A stretch of 64,000 nucleotides of DNA from Takakia lepidozioides (Eukaryota; Plantae; Bryophyta). Position numbers and translations under genes: made by a program. Positions 10,527 through 23,259 of the stretch are shown piece after piece. Location: the NCBI GenBank assembly GCA_030704615.1, contig CM060733.1:68200001-68264000 (forward strand), in the 5' to 3' direction. The notes beneath the pieces were generated by a model that was given only the letters and a program-made list of their open reading frames with translations, did no database searches and was not told where the DNA came from. How positions within the stretch are numbered: position 1 is the stretch's first letter; every line of letters starts with the position of its first letter.

Positions 10527-13500
10527 TCATGGATACCACTGTACCCCCTTCAACTTATTGGCATTGACTCTTCCCAGCATCTCTTTGTTAATGGTTTGTA
10601 ACATGGTGGTGTTGTTATCATACATCTTCTGTATGACATAAGGTCCTTTCCATGGTGATTTAAGCTTAGAAGCTTTAATCTTGGCCTTCTTCTGCAACCA
10701 GAAAACCAAATCTCCCGTCTTAAAAGTCTTTAACTTGTCTTCATCAAACTGTTCCTTCCTCTTCATCTGAATTCTGGTCATGTTATCAGCTGCATCGGCT
10801 CGTACTTCTTCCACATGGTATAATTCATGTTTCCTGACCTTAATTGAATCTTCCAATTCCATTCTCTTTCCCCATTCCGTTCTCATGGTAGGTAACAAGA
10901 ATTCCACTTGAAGTAAAGCTTCCATTCCATACACTAATTGGAATGGTGTATACTTAGTGGTGACTTTATATGAAGTCATGTATGACCACAAAGCTGTCAG
11001 CAGCTTTGTATCCCAATCCGTTCTGTTTGCATTGACTATCTTAGCCAAGATAGTACATAGTATTTTGTTGGTAGCCTCTGCCTGCCCATTACCTTGTGGG
11101 TAATACGTTGTACTCTTCCTATGCACAATCATGAACTCTTTAGTCAATAGATCAATGGTCTCATTAATGAAGTGACTTCCCTGATCACTGATAAATTCCA
11201 AGGGACAGCCAAATTGTGTAATTCTCATACAGGAACCTTGCTGTGGACTTGGCTGTGTTGTCCCTCAAAGCTTTAGCTTCCACCCACTTCGTAGTATAAT
11301 CAGTGGCTGTAATTATATACTTGTTCTGTGTGTTCTTGGCCGGTGGGTTAATTGGTCCAACAAAGTCTAGTCCCCATTTCTGGAATGGTTCAGTAGGCAT
11401 CGTAGGATGCAAAGCCATCTTCCCAGATCTCTGCAAAGGTCCTAGCCTCTGACATTCATCACAACTCTGACAATACTTGTGTACATCCTTGAACAAAGTA
11501 GGCCACCAGTAACGTGCAAGTAGTATCTTCCTACTGGTAGTCTCTTCTCCAAAATGTCTTCCAGCCACCCCTTTATGAACTTCCTCCAAAACTTTATTTA
11601 CTTCATGGTGGTACAAGCATCGTTTAAGTACTCCATCAGGTCCTAGCTTATACATTCTGCCTCCTACCATAGTATAAGGTAAAGCCTTGATAGCGATTCT
11701 CTTCCTCTGCTCCTTACCATAACTAGGTGGGCACTAACCATGAGTAAGGTAGTATCTGATTGGCCACTGCCAATCTAACCTTTTTATCTGCACTTCCTTG
11801 CACCTCCATTGCAAATAAACTCGCATCAGGTAATTGGCCGTCTACTCCTGTGGCGGCCTCTTCTGTTGTTAGGCGTGACAAATGATCTGCGACAAGATGC
11901 AAATGGCCAGGCTTGTAAACAACTTCGAACTCAAACTCGTGCAAGATTATTAACCACCTCGCTATCCTTCCACTTATCAAAGGTTTGTTCACCAGATATA
12001 TCAGAGCCTGGTGATCCACATAAAACATAAACTTTCTTCCCAATAGGTAATGCCTGAATTTCTTGACTGCATAAATCATTGCCAGTGCTTCTCTTTCAGT
12101 TGTGCTATAGTTCCTTTCAGCACTGTTCATCAACTTGCTAGCATAGTACACAAGTGAATCTATATTTCCTGTAACATTTTGGGCTAACACTGCTCCCAAC
12201 GCTTCTCCTGAGGCATCACAGTGAACATGAAATACTACATGCCAGTGAGGGTTAATCAGCACAGGTGTAGTTGTTACTGACAATGTAAGTTCCTCAAAAG
12301 CCTGTTGACATTCAGCTATCCATGCAAACACTGCATCTTTCTTCAGAAGCTTGCTCAATGGTGTTGCTATCTGTGCATACCTTTTGACAAATCTTCTGTA
12401 ATAACTGGTTTGTCCAAGGAATTTCCTTAGACTCTTAACATTTACTGGTGGTGGTGAGGCTTTAATGGCCTCTGTCTTTCTGGGATCCACAAGAAGTCCC
12501 CTCTTACACACAATGTGTCCCAAAAGCACCCCTGAGTTCACACAGAAAGTACACTTCTCTGGATTCAGGCCCAGACCTCTCATTCTGCATCTGGCCAAAC
12601 ATAACTCCAATTTATGCAAGTGCTCATTCTTAGAGCTGTACACACTGAAATCATCCAAGAACACCTACATGAAATCATCCAGATACTCATGAAAAGATTC
12701 ACTTATCACTCTCTGAAAGGTTGCTGGTGCATTACAAAGTCCAAAAGGCATGACTTTGTATGCATAAGCACCCCAGTCTGTGATGAAAGTTGTCTTTCCC
12801 TGGTCTTCTTCTGCCACTTGCACTTGATTATAACCACTGAAGCCATCCATGAATGAGTACATGTCATGGCCTGCCACAGTGTCCAATACTGCTTCTGTGA
12901 ATGGCAAAAGGAATGGATCTTTCTTCGTGTAAGCATTCAACTTCTTATAGTTCACACAAACTCTCAGTTTACCATTCTTCTTGGGAACTATCACAATGGG
13001 TGACAACCAAGTTGTATACTCTATCGAGTATATAAACTTAGCCTCAACCAACTTCTTGATCTCTTCTCCAACCTTCTGTACATAGTTGGGATTCATTCTA
13101 TACCTTGCTTGTTTGATTGGTACTGACCCTGGTTCCAGTTCAATCTTATGCTGACAGATTTCAGGTGGTATCCCTTTTAGATCCTCGTAGCTCCAAGCAA
13201 ATACATCTCTGTATTTGATGAACAAACTCTTAGCTTCCTCAAAGAATTATGGCTCCAAATCAGCCCCTACCTTCACCATCCTCGGTTCCTCTTAAGTTCC
13301 CACTTTCACTTCTCTCACCTGCTCATCAGCTGTGATTGTCCAACCAGTCACCACTTCATCCTGTAAACTCACAGTGGCTGGTTCCTCTAGGATTTCCATT
13401 TCTCCTTCTCTTTCTTCATAAAAATGTGGTGGGTAACTGCTTATTTCTCCTTCAATTGGTGTTGCTATCACTACACCATAGCATATACCTTTTAAACAAC

Positions 13501-14200
13501 TTAGGCCTTCCAGCTGCATCTCTGCAACCTGTTCCCACTCTGGGTGTGCAGCGAACAGGGTAGCTTCCTGCTCCTCATCCAGTCGTCCCCTCCAGTCATA
13601 TTCCCTGACCCCTCGAGGTCTTCTCGTAGCAGGTAATCTACTAGATTTCTTAGTGGTAATTTGTATCTTGTGCATCCCATTATGCACAGTTAGTAACTGA
13701 GAATTCCAGTCATGGAATACCCTGGCCTGTTTCAGCCACGGACGTCCCAATAATAAGAAGTAAGCCTCCATGACTTCATCTATTTTCAACACAGTTACTG
13801 TGATCATAAAGATCATCTTTTGTATATGTATCTTAACTCCTCTTATCAATCCCAATGGCTGTACACTTCTTTGATCTGCCATTGTTACTGTAAATGGGGC
13901 TGGTTTCATGTTACTTAGACCAAGCTTCTGCCTTAATTGTGTCATGATATTCACTCCAGAGCCTCCATCTATCAGTACATCAGTTAGTTCTGTGCTTCCA
14001 ATTCTCAATTGGATTATTGGCATAGAATCATCAAAGTCCATGACTGTTTCTCGCCCTTCCGGCTTCACATTATAACTGGTCACCTTGCTGTTCAGGACTG
14101 TGTTTCCTGTCACATGGGCAATTCGATTGATTGCTTGATACAGCCTGTGTCTACAATAAGGTGCCACATCCAATAGCTGTCCAATGGTAATCTCAGCTTT
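10527..14200 (-). pseudogene. pol: pol of element A (protease, RT, RNase H, integrase with GPY/F)
   Basis: VLIDGGSGVN; FMDGFSGYNQ..VMPFGLCNAPATFQR..FLDDF; HCDASG..ERNYSTTEREAL; H-H-C-C zinc finger, [25 protein letters not shown] few stops and frameshifts. Confidence 0.95.
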
Positions 14201-14201
14201 G

Positions 14202-14701
14202 NNNNNNNNNNNNNNNNNNNNNNNNNNNNNNNNNNNNNNNNNNNNNNNNNNNNNNNNNNNNNNNNNNNNNNNNNNNNNNNNNNNNNNNNNNNNNNNNNNN
14301 NNNNNNNNNNNNNNNNNNNNNNNNNNNNNNNNNNNNNNNNNNNNNNNNNNNNNNNNNNNNNNNNNNNNNNNNNNNNNNNNNNNNNNNNNNNNNNNNNNNN
14401 NNNNNNNNNNNNNNNNNNNNNNNNNNNNNNNNNNNNNNNNNNNNNNNNNNNNNNNNNNNNNNNNNNNNNNNNNNNNNNNNNNNNNNNNNNNNNNNNNNNN
14501 NNNNNNNNNNNNNNNNNNNNNNNNNNNNNNNNNNNNNNNNNNNNNNNNNNNNNNNNNNNNNNNNNNNNNNNNNNNNNNNNNNNNNNNNNNNNNNNNNNNN
14601 NNNNNNNNNNNNNNNNNNNNNNNNNNNNNNNNNNNNNNNNNNNNNNNNNNNNNNNNNNNNNNNNNNNNNNNNNNNNNNNNNNNNNNNNNNNNNNNNNNNN
14701 N
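14202..14701. other. Assembly gap (500 N)
   Basis: Run of N. Confidence 1.
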
Positions 14702-15317
14702 GTGCAAAATTAAGGGTAGCCCGCCTTTCATCCATTTTGACGGCCGTTCTTGTCCTCTTTTTTTATGACACCTGTTCTAGCACTTCCTTCTCGGCTGTTG
14801 TCGCGCCTGACTTCCACGTGTCTATTTTTAAACTGGTTTTCCGTCTTTTCTTCCGTCAGCCATTTCCTGAAGTTATTGGCTTCCCCACCTGTCACTGATT
14901 CTATGGATCGTGTAATCCTAGTAGGCTGTGTTGAGCTGTGACAGGCTGTGTCATACTGTGGTAACGCTGTGATAGGCTGTGATGCACTGTGGTAAGCTGT
15001 GATAGGCTGTGACACGCTGTGGTAGGTTGTGAGGCTGTGTTGCCGCCGTGCTGGCTGTGATAGGCTTGTCACCTCGTGATGGGCTGTGATAGGCTGTGTT
15101 TCGCCTTGATGGGCTGTGATAGGCTGTGTCACGTCGTGATGGGCTGTGATAGGCGTGTCGCCTTGATGGGGCTTTGATAGGCTGTGTCACGTCCGTGATG
15201 GGTTGTGATAGGCTGTGTCAGCTTGTTTTTGCGCGCCCTGGTCATATATGCTCGGCCTAGCGATAAAGCTCCATACTCCGTTCGTAAACTGGTGCAGTCC
15301 GCGACTGCTCTTGCGTT

Positions 15318-18300
15318 TCAACATGGCAAGTCATGCTGCAAGGGTTTGTCATGGATACCACTGTATCCCTTTAACTTATTGGCATTGACTCTTCCCAAGC
15401 ATTTCTTTGTTAATGGTTTGTAACATGGCGGTGTTGTTATCATACATCTTTTGTATGACATAAGGTCCTTTCCATGGTGATTTAAGCTTAGAAGCTTTAA
15501 TCTTTCCTTTCTTCTGCAAACCATAGAACCAAATCCCCCGTCTTAAAAAGTCTTTAACTTGCCTTCATCAAACTGTTTCCTTTCTCTTCATCTGAATTCT
15601 GGTCATATTATCAGCTGCATCAGCACGTACTTCTTCTCCACATGATATAATTCATGTTTCCTGACCTTAATGGAATCTTGCAATTTCATTCTCTTTCCCC
15701 ACTCCGTTCTCATGGTAGGTAACAGGAATTCCACTGGAAGTAAGGCTTCCATACCATAAACTAATTGGAATGGTGTAACTTAGTGTGACTTTATATGAAG
15801 TCATGTATGACCACAAAGCTGTCAGCAGCTTTGTATCCCAATCCGTTCTGTTTGCATTGACTATCTTAGCCAAGATAGTACATAGTATTTTGTTGGTAGC
15901 TCTGCCTGCCCATTACCCATGGGTAATATGTTACTTTTTCTATGCACAATCATGAACTCTTTAGTCTACTCAATGGTCTCATTCATGAAGTGACTTCCTC
16001 TGATCACTGATAAGTTCAAGGGACAGCCAAATCGTGTAAGTATGTTCTCGTACAGGAACCTTGCTGTGGACTTGGCTGTGTTCCCTCAAAGCTTTAGCTT
16101 CCACCCACTTCGTAGTATATATCAGTGGCTGTAATTATGTACCTGTTCCCGTGTATTCTTGGCTGGTGGGTTGATTGGTCCAACAAAAGTCTAGTCCCCA
16201 TTTCTGAAATGGTTCCGTAGGCATTGTAGGATGCAAGGCCATCCTTCCAGATCTCTGCAAAGGTCCTAGCCTCTGACATTCATCACAACTCTGACAAACT
16301 CGTGTACACATCTTGAACAAGTAGGCCACCAGTAACCTGCGAGTAGTATCTTCCTACTGGTAGTCTCTTCTCCAAAATGACCTCCAGCCACTCCTTTATG
16401 AACTTCCTCCAAAACTTTATTTACTTCATGGTGGTACAAGCATCGTTTTAGTACTCCATCAGGTCCTAGCTTGTACATTCTGCTTCCTACCATAGTATAA
16501 GGTAAAGCTTTGATAGCGATTCTCTTCCTCTGCTCCTTACCATAACTAGGTGGGCACTGACCATGAGCAAGGTAGTATCTTGATTGGCCACTGCCAATCT
16601 AACCAGTCATCTGCACTTCCCAGCACCTCCACTGCAAATATACTCGCATCGGTAATTGATCATCTATTCCTGTGGCTGGTTCTCCTGTTGATAACCGTGA
16701 CAAGTGATCCCGCCACAAATGCAGTCTCCCAGGCTTGTAAACAACCTCGAACTCAAACTCGTGCAAGATTATCAACCATCTTGCTATTCTTCCGCTTATC
16801 AGAGGTTTATTTACAGGTATATCAGAGCCTGGTGATCCACATAGAACATAAACTTCTTGCCCAACAGGTAATGCCTGAATTTCTTCACTGCATAGATCAT
16901 TGCCAATGCTTCTCTTTCCGTTGTGCTATAGTTCCTTTCAACACTGTTCATCAACCTGCTAGCATAGTACACAGGTGAATCTATATTTCCTGTAACATTC
17001 GGGCTAACACCGCTCCCAACGCTTCTCCTGATGCATCGCAGTGAACATGAAATACTACATGCCAGTGAGGGTTAATCAGCACAGGTGTAGTTGAAAACTG
17101 ACAGTGTAAGTTCCTCAAACGCCTGTTGATATTCAACTGTCCAGGCAAACACTGCATCTTTCTTCAGTAGCTTGCTCAATGGTGCTGCTATTTGTGCATA
17201 CCTTTTGACAAATCTTCTGTAATAACTGGTTTGCCCAAGGAATCTCCTTAGACTCTTAACATTCACTGTGGTGGAGAGGCTTTAATGGCCTCTGTCTTCC
17301 TGGGATCCACAAGAAGTCCCCTCTTACACACAATGTCCCAGAAGCACCCCTGAGTTCACACAGAAAGTACACTTCTCTGGATTCAGGCCAGACCTCTCAT
17401 CCTGCATCTGGCCAGACATAAACTCCAATTTATGCAAGTGCTCATTCTTAGAGCTGTACACACTGAAATCATCCAAAACACCTGCATGAAATCATCCAGA
17501 TACTCATGAAAAGATTCACTTATTACTCTCTGAAAGGTTGCTGGTGGCATTACACAAGTCCAAAGGGCATGACTTTGTATGCATAAGCACCCCAGTCTGT
17601 GATGAAAGCTGTTTTTCTTGGTGTTTCTGCCCACTTGCACTTGATTATAACCACTGAACCCATCCATGAATGAGTACATCTCATGGCCTGCCACAGTGTC
17701 CAATACTGCTCTGTGAATGGCAAAGGAAAGGATCTTTCTTCGTACAAGCATTTAGCTTCTTGTAGTTCATACATACTCTTAGTTACCATTCTTCTTGGGA
17801 ACTATAACAATGGGTGTGACAACCAAGTTGTATACTACTCTATTGGGTATATAAACTTAGCCTCGGCCAACTTCTTGATCTCTTCTCCAACCTTCTGTGC
17901 GTAGTTGGGATTCATTTGTACCTCGCCTGCTTGATTGGTACTGACCCTTGTTCCAGTTCAATCTTATGCTGACAGACTTCAGGTGGTATCCTTTTAGATC
18001 CTCATAGCTCCAAGCAAATACATCTCTGTATTTGATGAACAAGCTTTTAGCTTCTTCAAAGAATTCCGGCTCTAAATCAGCTCCTACTTTCACATCCTCG
18101 TTCCTCTTTAGTTCCCACATTCACTTCCCTCACCTGCTCATCAGCTGTGATTGTCCAACCAGTCACCACTTCATCCTGTAAGCTCACAGTGGCTGGTTCC
18201 TCTAGGATTTCCTTTCTCCTTCTCTTTCCTTCATAGAAATGTGATGGGTAACTGCTGGTTTCCTCTTCAGTTGGTGTTGCTGTCACTACACCACAGCAGA

Positions 18301-19020
18301 TACCTCTTAAACAACTTAGGCTTTCCAGCCGCATCTCTGCAACCTGCTCCCACTCTGGGTGTGCAGCAAATAGGGTAGCTTCTGCTCCTCATCCAGTCCT
18401 CCTTCCCAGTCATACTCTCTGACTCCCGAGGTCTTCTTGTAGCAGGTAATCTACTAGATTTCTTTGTGGTAATTTGTATCTCGTGTATCCCATTTATGCA
18501 CGGTTAGTAACTGAGAATTCCAGTCATGGAATACCTGGCCTGTTTCAGCCACGGACGTCCCAATAATAAGGAGTAAGCCTCCATGAGACTTCATCCATCT
18601 TCACACAGTTACTGTGATCATAAAGATCATCTTCTATATCTGTATCTTAACTCCTCTTATCAATCCCAATGGCTGTACACTTCTTTGATCTGCCATTGTT
18701 ACTGTAAATGGGGCTGGTTTCATGTTACTTAGACCAAGCTTCTTCCTTAATTGGTCTGTCATGATATTTCACTCCAGAACCTCCATCTATCAGTACATCA
18801 GTTAGTTTCCGTGCTTCCAATTCTTAATTGGATTATTGGCATAGAATCATCAAAGTCCATGACTGTTTCTCGCCCTTCCGGCTTCACATTATAACTGGTC
18901 ACCTTGCTGTTCAGGTCTGTGTTTCCTGTCTCCTGGGCAATTTGATTGATTGCTTGATACAAGCCCGTGCCTACAATAAGGTGCCACAGCTAATAGCTGT
19001 CCAATGGTAATTTCTGCTTG
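15318..19020 (-). pseudogene. pol: pol of element B, heavily frameshifted
   Basis: Same PR/RT/RH/INT motifs as 10527-14200, in many short frames. Confidence 0.9.
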
Positions 19021-21340
19021 GTCTGGCATATTACTTCAGCCAAAGTCTCTTCATTACTTTGCATGTATGCATCTTCTTCTTCCTTTCATTCCTCACCCCT
19101 TCTTCTTCTCCATCCAGAGATCAGAGGAATCTGCCACAAGAATATCAGTACTCTTCTGCATTCCCTTATGGTATCTGCCACTTCTTTGTGCAGTTCCTCT
19201 CATCTCTCAAGTCTCTTCATCTTCAGGCATATCATTGCCACCTTCATTATTCACTTCTTCCTCTAATACTGGAGGTATTAGTTTGGCTTTACTTCTTGTT
19301 ACTATCATTGTACTATTCTGGTACAACACAGGCCTAACCATGTGAGCTGCCACCACTGGGCCCTCATTCACAGGAGCTCTCATCTCATTCTGGTGTCTTA
19401 TCCAGAATGCACAGGCTGCCCTGCGATGTCCTGGCTGATTACAATAGTAAACATAGTTCTTCACCATTGGGTCCTCGCCTGGTCTGTTCTTGGATTTATT
19501 TCTATAATCCTGATTCCCGGGCTGGTAATCCCCCTTGGATTACCCTGATAGTTGCCTCTGAATTTCCTTGGTAATTCCTCTTGAATTACTCTCCCTTCCA
19601 TGCCATTGTTATATCACCAGACCTACCATAGTGGTCCTGATCATTGTTTCTTCTTGGCTGGGGCTGCACCTGATGCACCCTTACTTGCCTAGTTCTCTTG
19701 CAGCTGTCCTTCGTTATAGTAACAAATTCTCGGTAGAATGGTTATCCATTTTACAGATAGTACAGTGTTTCTCCTTCATGTGGCATTCTGTGGTGGTATG
19801 GCCTTCATTCTGGCACTTTGCACACCATACACCATTCCTCCAATGTGTTACAGCCTCTGTGGCATACTTCTTCAAGTTTTCTTCCAATCTTTTTTCATAG
19901 TTATTCCTCTTCAACTTCTCCTTTCTCTTACTCTTCCTTTTTAGTTCTTGCTCTTCTTCTTCATCTGACTCATCCTCAGAGTCCTCATCATCCCTTTTCT
20001 CTCTCCTGAGCATTCCCAATTGCTCAATTCTGTTTGCAGTTTCAAATGCCTCCTCCACTGTATTATGGGGTAACATATCCACTTTCTTTTGCAACTCTGG
20101 TCTTAGTCCACTCACAAACCAAGTCTTCTGTAAACCAGGTGCTCGTACTGCAGCCAGCTTTTTCATCATCAATTCCATCTTTTCCATATACTCTTCAATA
20201 GTTTCATGCTTCTTTTGCTTTAACTGTTGTAAACTTCCATACACTTCATCTTCAGTTTTACTTGTCCTGAACCTATTTCGAAATGTTGTATTCAAGCCAT
20301 TCCAGGTTAGGAAATGATTATCAGGGAATCTTGCATACCATTCACTTGCTTTCTTGATAAGTGAACAAGGAAACAATCTCATCTTGGCATCATCGCCATT
20401 CTCATTGTTCACTATACACATGTGCTCAAATTGGCTAATGTGTACATCGGGATCCCTTTTCCTGAATATATTGGAAAGGGTGGTTTTGCCCGTGTTGGTT
20501 GTAACGTCATCTGTGGCCCTACCTTCTGCCCACTGACAGGTGCTGGCACCCTTGCTGGTGCTGGTCCTTCTGGACCTGTTGTTTTTGTGGTGGATCTTCC
20601 ACCAAGTGGTGGCCCTTGAGCACTCCCTGCTTCCAGCCCCACGATATTCACAGTATTCCCAGCTTCAGTTGCACTACTTCCCACACTCCCTGTCCCCCAG
20701 AGCCAGATCCAGGCAGCCCGCCTGATCCCCCTGAGCCGACACCTTCGTTGGCCTGTGATCCAAGTGCTCCACTTGATCCAGGTCCAACGGGTTGGGATGT
20801 CCTGGTTGTAGTCTCAACCTCAGCTGTTGGGTCTACTTCTTCATATTCTTCCTCTTCCAATTTCTTCTCTCTGTTTTCATCCTCCAAGTTCTGCCCTTGG
20901 GTTTCTTCTTCACTCATGTAACTCAACTGTACTGGTGTTGGAGAGTCTGAACTCTCCGTTGGCTCTGCCACATCTTTTTTTCCTTCTTCACCTTCCGTTT
21001 CAGAAACTGGAGTTCCTGCTTTTGGTGTTCCATGCCAACTCTTATCAAAGATTTCTGTCAAATCTTTTATCCAGGGATGTACCTCAGATCTTTCATCTTG
21101 TGATTGATCTTCTTCCTGTACCAATTCCCTTAATCTTTCTTGCAAAGAAACAGAAGGAGTGGCATCCAACTCTAGTTCTTCCGGTATGGGTGATGTACTC
21201 TTTGATCTTAATGGTGTGAGAGGTCCAGATGATTCCCCTATGTCTATTCCTCTCTCCCAAAGATATGGATAATTAGCTTTCAGATAGCTTTCTCTTTTTG
21301 CTGAATATCTCTGGCGTCTAGCTTCTCTTTCATCACTCAT
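19020..21340 (-). pseudogene. gag: gag with acidic N-terminal extension and three zinc knuckles
   Basis: KMRLFPCSLIKKASEWY..TWNGLNTTFRNRF..LKQKKHETIEEY..FVSGL; CAKCQNEGHTTTEC, CTICKMDNH, YYCNQPGHRRAAC. Confidence 0.88.
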
Positions 21341-21361
21341 GTCCCATGTCTTTCATTTCTT

Positions 21362-22055
21362 TTAATGTGGCAATAACCAAAACTCTCTTCTGTAATATCT
21401 CTCGTATATGCCTGGGTTTCTTTCAAGCTTCAATGCACCTTGGCTATACTTGAAGTCTCCGTTACCATATAACCATATGGCAAACAAGTCTGGAAAGCTG
21501 TTCTTGGTGTGAGTTTGATCCACAAAATATCCTTTGGAATCCAATTCTTTACCAGTACAAGCTCTTCATGCATATGAGTATAAACATTCACTTTTCTTTC
21601 CTCCCAGCCTTCAAACTCTACTCGCTTAATGGATAGCAATGCTATCACATAAACCAACGTTGGTAACCAACGTGCTCTTCCTCTACAGGCTACCTGATAA
21701 ATCTTTATCACTCCTTTCTCCAGACCCCATTCCGGATCAGCATCATGCACTCGCTTAAGAATATTTTCTTTACAACCGTCTGGCAATTCCAAGAACCTTT
21801 GAAAGAATTGTTTGGACAATCTTTCTTCCTTCGTTCCACAGGGAATTTGATTCGCTTCAAATTCTTTAATGGTCCAACCACCATGATCCCACCAGATGCC
21901 TGTCACATCTGGTTGTTCATTACTCAGTTCCCCAGTATGGTCGCCAAATGTCGCGCGGCTTTTACTCACCCATCCCTTCGCTATCCGAGGCGGAAACTCC
22001 AGATAGAAGAGTTGGAAATCTCTAAGTACTCAGCCCGCGCAGAACAATCAGTCAT
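21362..22055 (-). pseudogene. Extra 5' ORF upstream of gag (complete copy with about 2 single-base indels)
   Basis: Homologue of 4160-4821, ending ..IYERYYRREFWLLPH* just before the gag ATG at 21340. Confidence 0.6.
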
Positions 22056-23021
22056 GACCTACAGCTAGTGTATCATGGGGGTGTTTCCTCTTTGTTTCCC
22101 TTTTGGCATTCATGTTAGCTACCTTACCATTGATAATTAAGTATCAGTTTGCTTCATCAATTTATCGGATTCCATCAACCCATCCATTCATTCCACAGCT
22201 TCACTCAGATCTCTCTACACAGTGTGGTTGTATCGTATAAGTATCAGATTATGATTTATCAGTTATCAGGCCGAAGCCATTATGTCTCTAATCTGCTCTA
22301 CAATATCACTACAGTTTTGCATATAACAAACATCTACTAATCATCTCTCCTCCTTCACCGTGCTCTCCATCTTTGCTTCCGTTCTTACTCTCCGCCCGAT
22401 CCTCTCTCTCTCCTGACGTGCTTCCAAGAATCATCCCCCAAAAAGCCCCCTACTCAGTCCTTGCTTCTCCCTTTATCTTCATACCCGTGGCTCTAACTGT
22501 TTCCCTCACTAACCGTCGTCCGTGAACTAACATGTTCCATTTGTAGGTGTTGTTCCCCACAGTCGTTCCCTGTCCTGCTCTCCGTTCCCTATGATCGTGA
22601 CAGCTGTGTCAAGCTGTGACTGGCTGTGTGAAACTGTGACGGGCTGTGATTGGCTGTGCGACTGTGTTTGGCTATGTCGGGCTGTGACTGGCTGTGTGGT
22701 TGTGTCGGCTGTGACGGGCTGTGACTGACTGTGTGGCTGTGTCGGCTGTGACGGGTTGTGTTGGCTGTGATGGCTGTGTCGGGCTATGACGAGCTGTGCT
22801 GACTGTGTCTGGCTGTGTCGGCTGTGACGGCTGTGCGGCTGTGTTGGCTGTGTCGGCTGTGACGACTGTGACGGGCTGTGTTGGCTGTGACGGGCTGTGT
22901 AACCCCCCTCTACAGTGCGCTGCTGTCACCCCTAAGGCTCCTGTTGGTCTCAGTCTGTGCAAAATTAAGGGTACCCTACAGATCCCGTATAAGTGTCTAA
23001 GTCCCAGACAGTCCTCTAACA
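21949..23021 (-). mobile_element. LTR3: 5' LTR of element B
   Basis: TG...CA termini, followed by the PBS. Confidence 0.9.
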
Positions 23022-23259
23022 ATTTGCTCACGCCACAACGCAGACATTTCATCCACGGATGAATAATCGGGGGACAACCCTATGTCGTCTCTCCCGCTGT
23101 CAGAAGCACGCGATGTGCTTCTGAGCTCGCGAGGAGAGTGTTATGGCGGACGTGCTTCGGTGGCTGCCCCGTTTGTGGTGTCACAACCTAGTTGTGCTCA
23201 TCAAGACTAGCCGCAATTCTGTTGTTTCGGAACAATGAAACCCATTCAGGTTCAGCATG

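Larger units (their letters stand above)
4822..14201 (-). mobile_element. Ty3/Gypsy non-chromovirus element A (3' LTR, PPT, extra ORFs, pol; 5' part lost in the gap)
   Basis: PR-RT-RH-INT order, PPT next to the LTR, no chromodomain and no additional archaeal-type RNase H seen. Confidence 0.92.
14702..23021 (-). mobile_element. Ty3/Gypsy element B, same family (5' LTR, PBS, extra 5' ORF, gag, pol)
   Basis: LTR3 at 21949-23021, PBS at 21929-21946, and a pol colinear with element A but carrying many 1-2 bp indels. Confidence 0.92.

Noticed and set aside
14184-14768. ORFs spanning the N run
   Set aside because: Artefacts of the assembly gap.
4822-23021. A single full-length LTR element
   Set aside because: It contains two pol regions separated by a gap, the LTRs are diverged, and the flanks (AGATA versus ATTTG) do not form a TSD.
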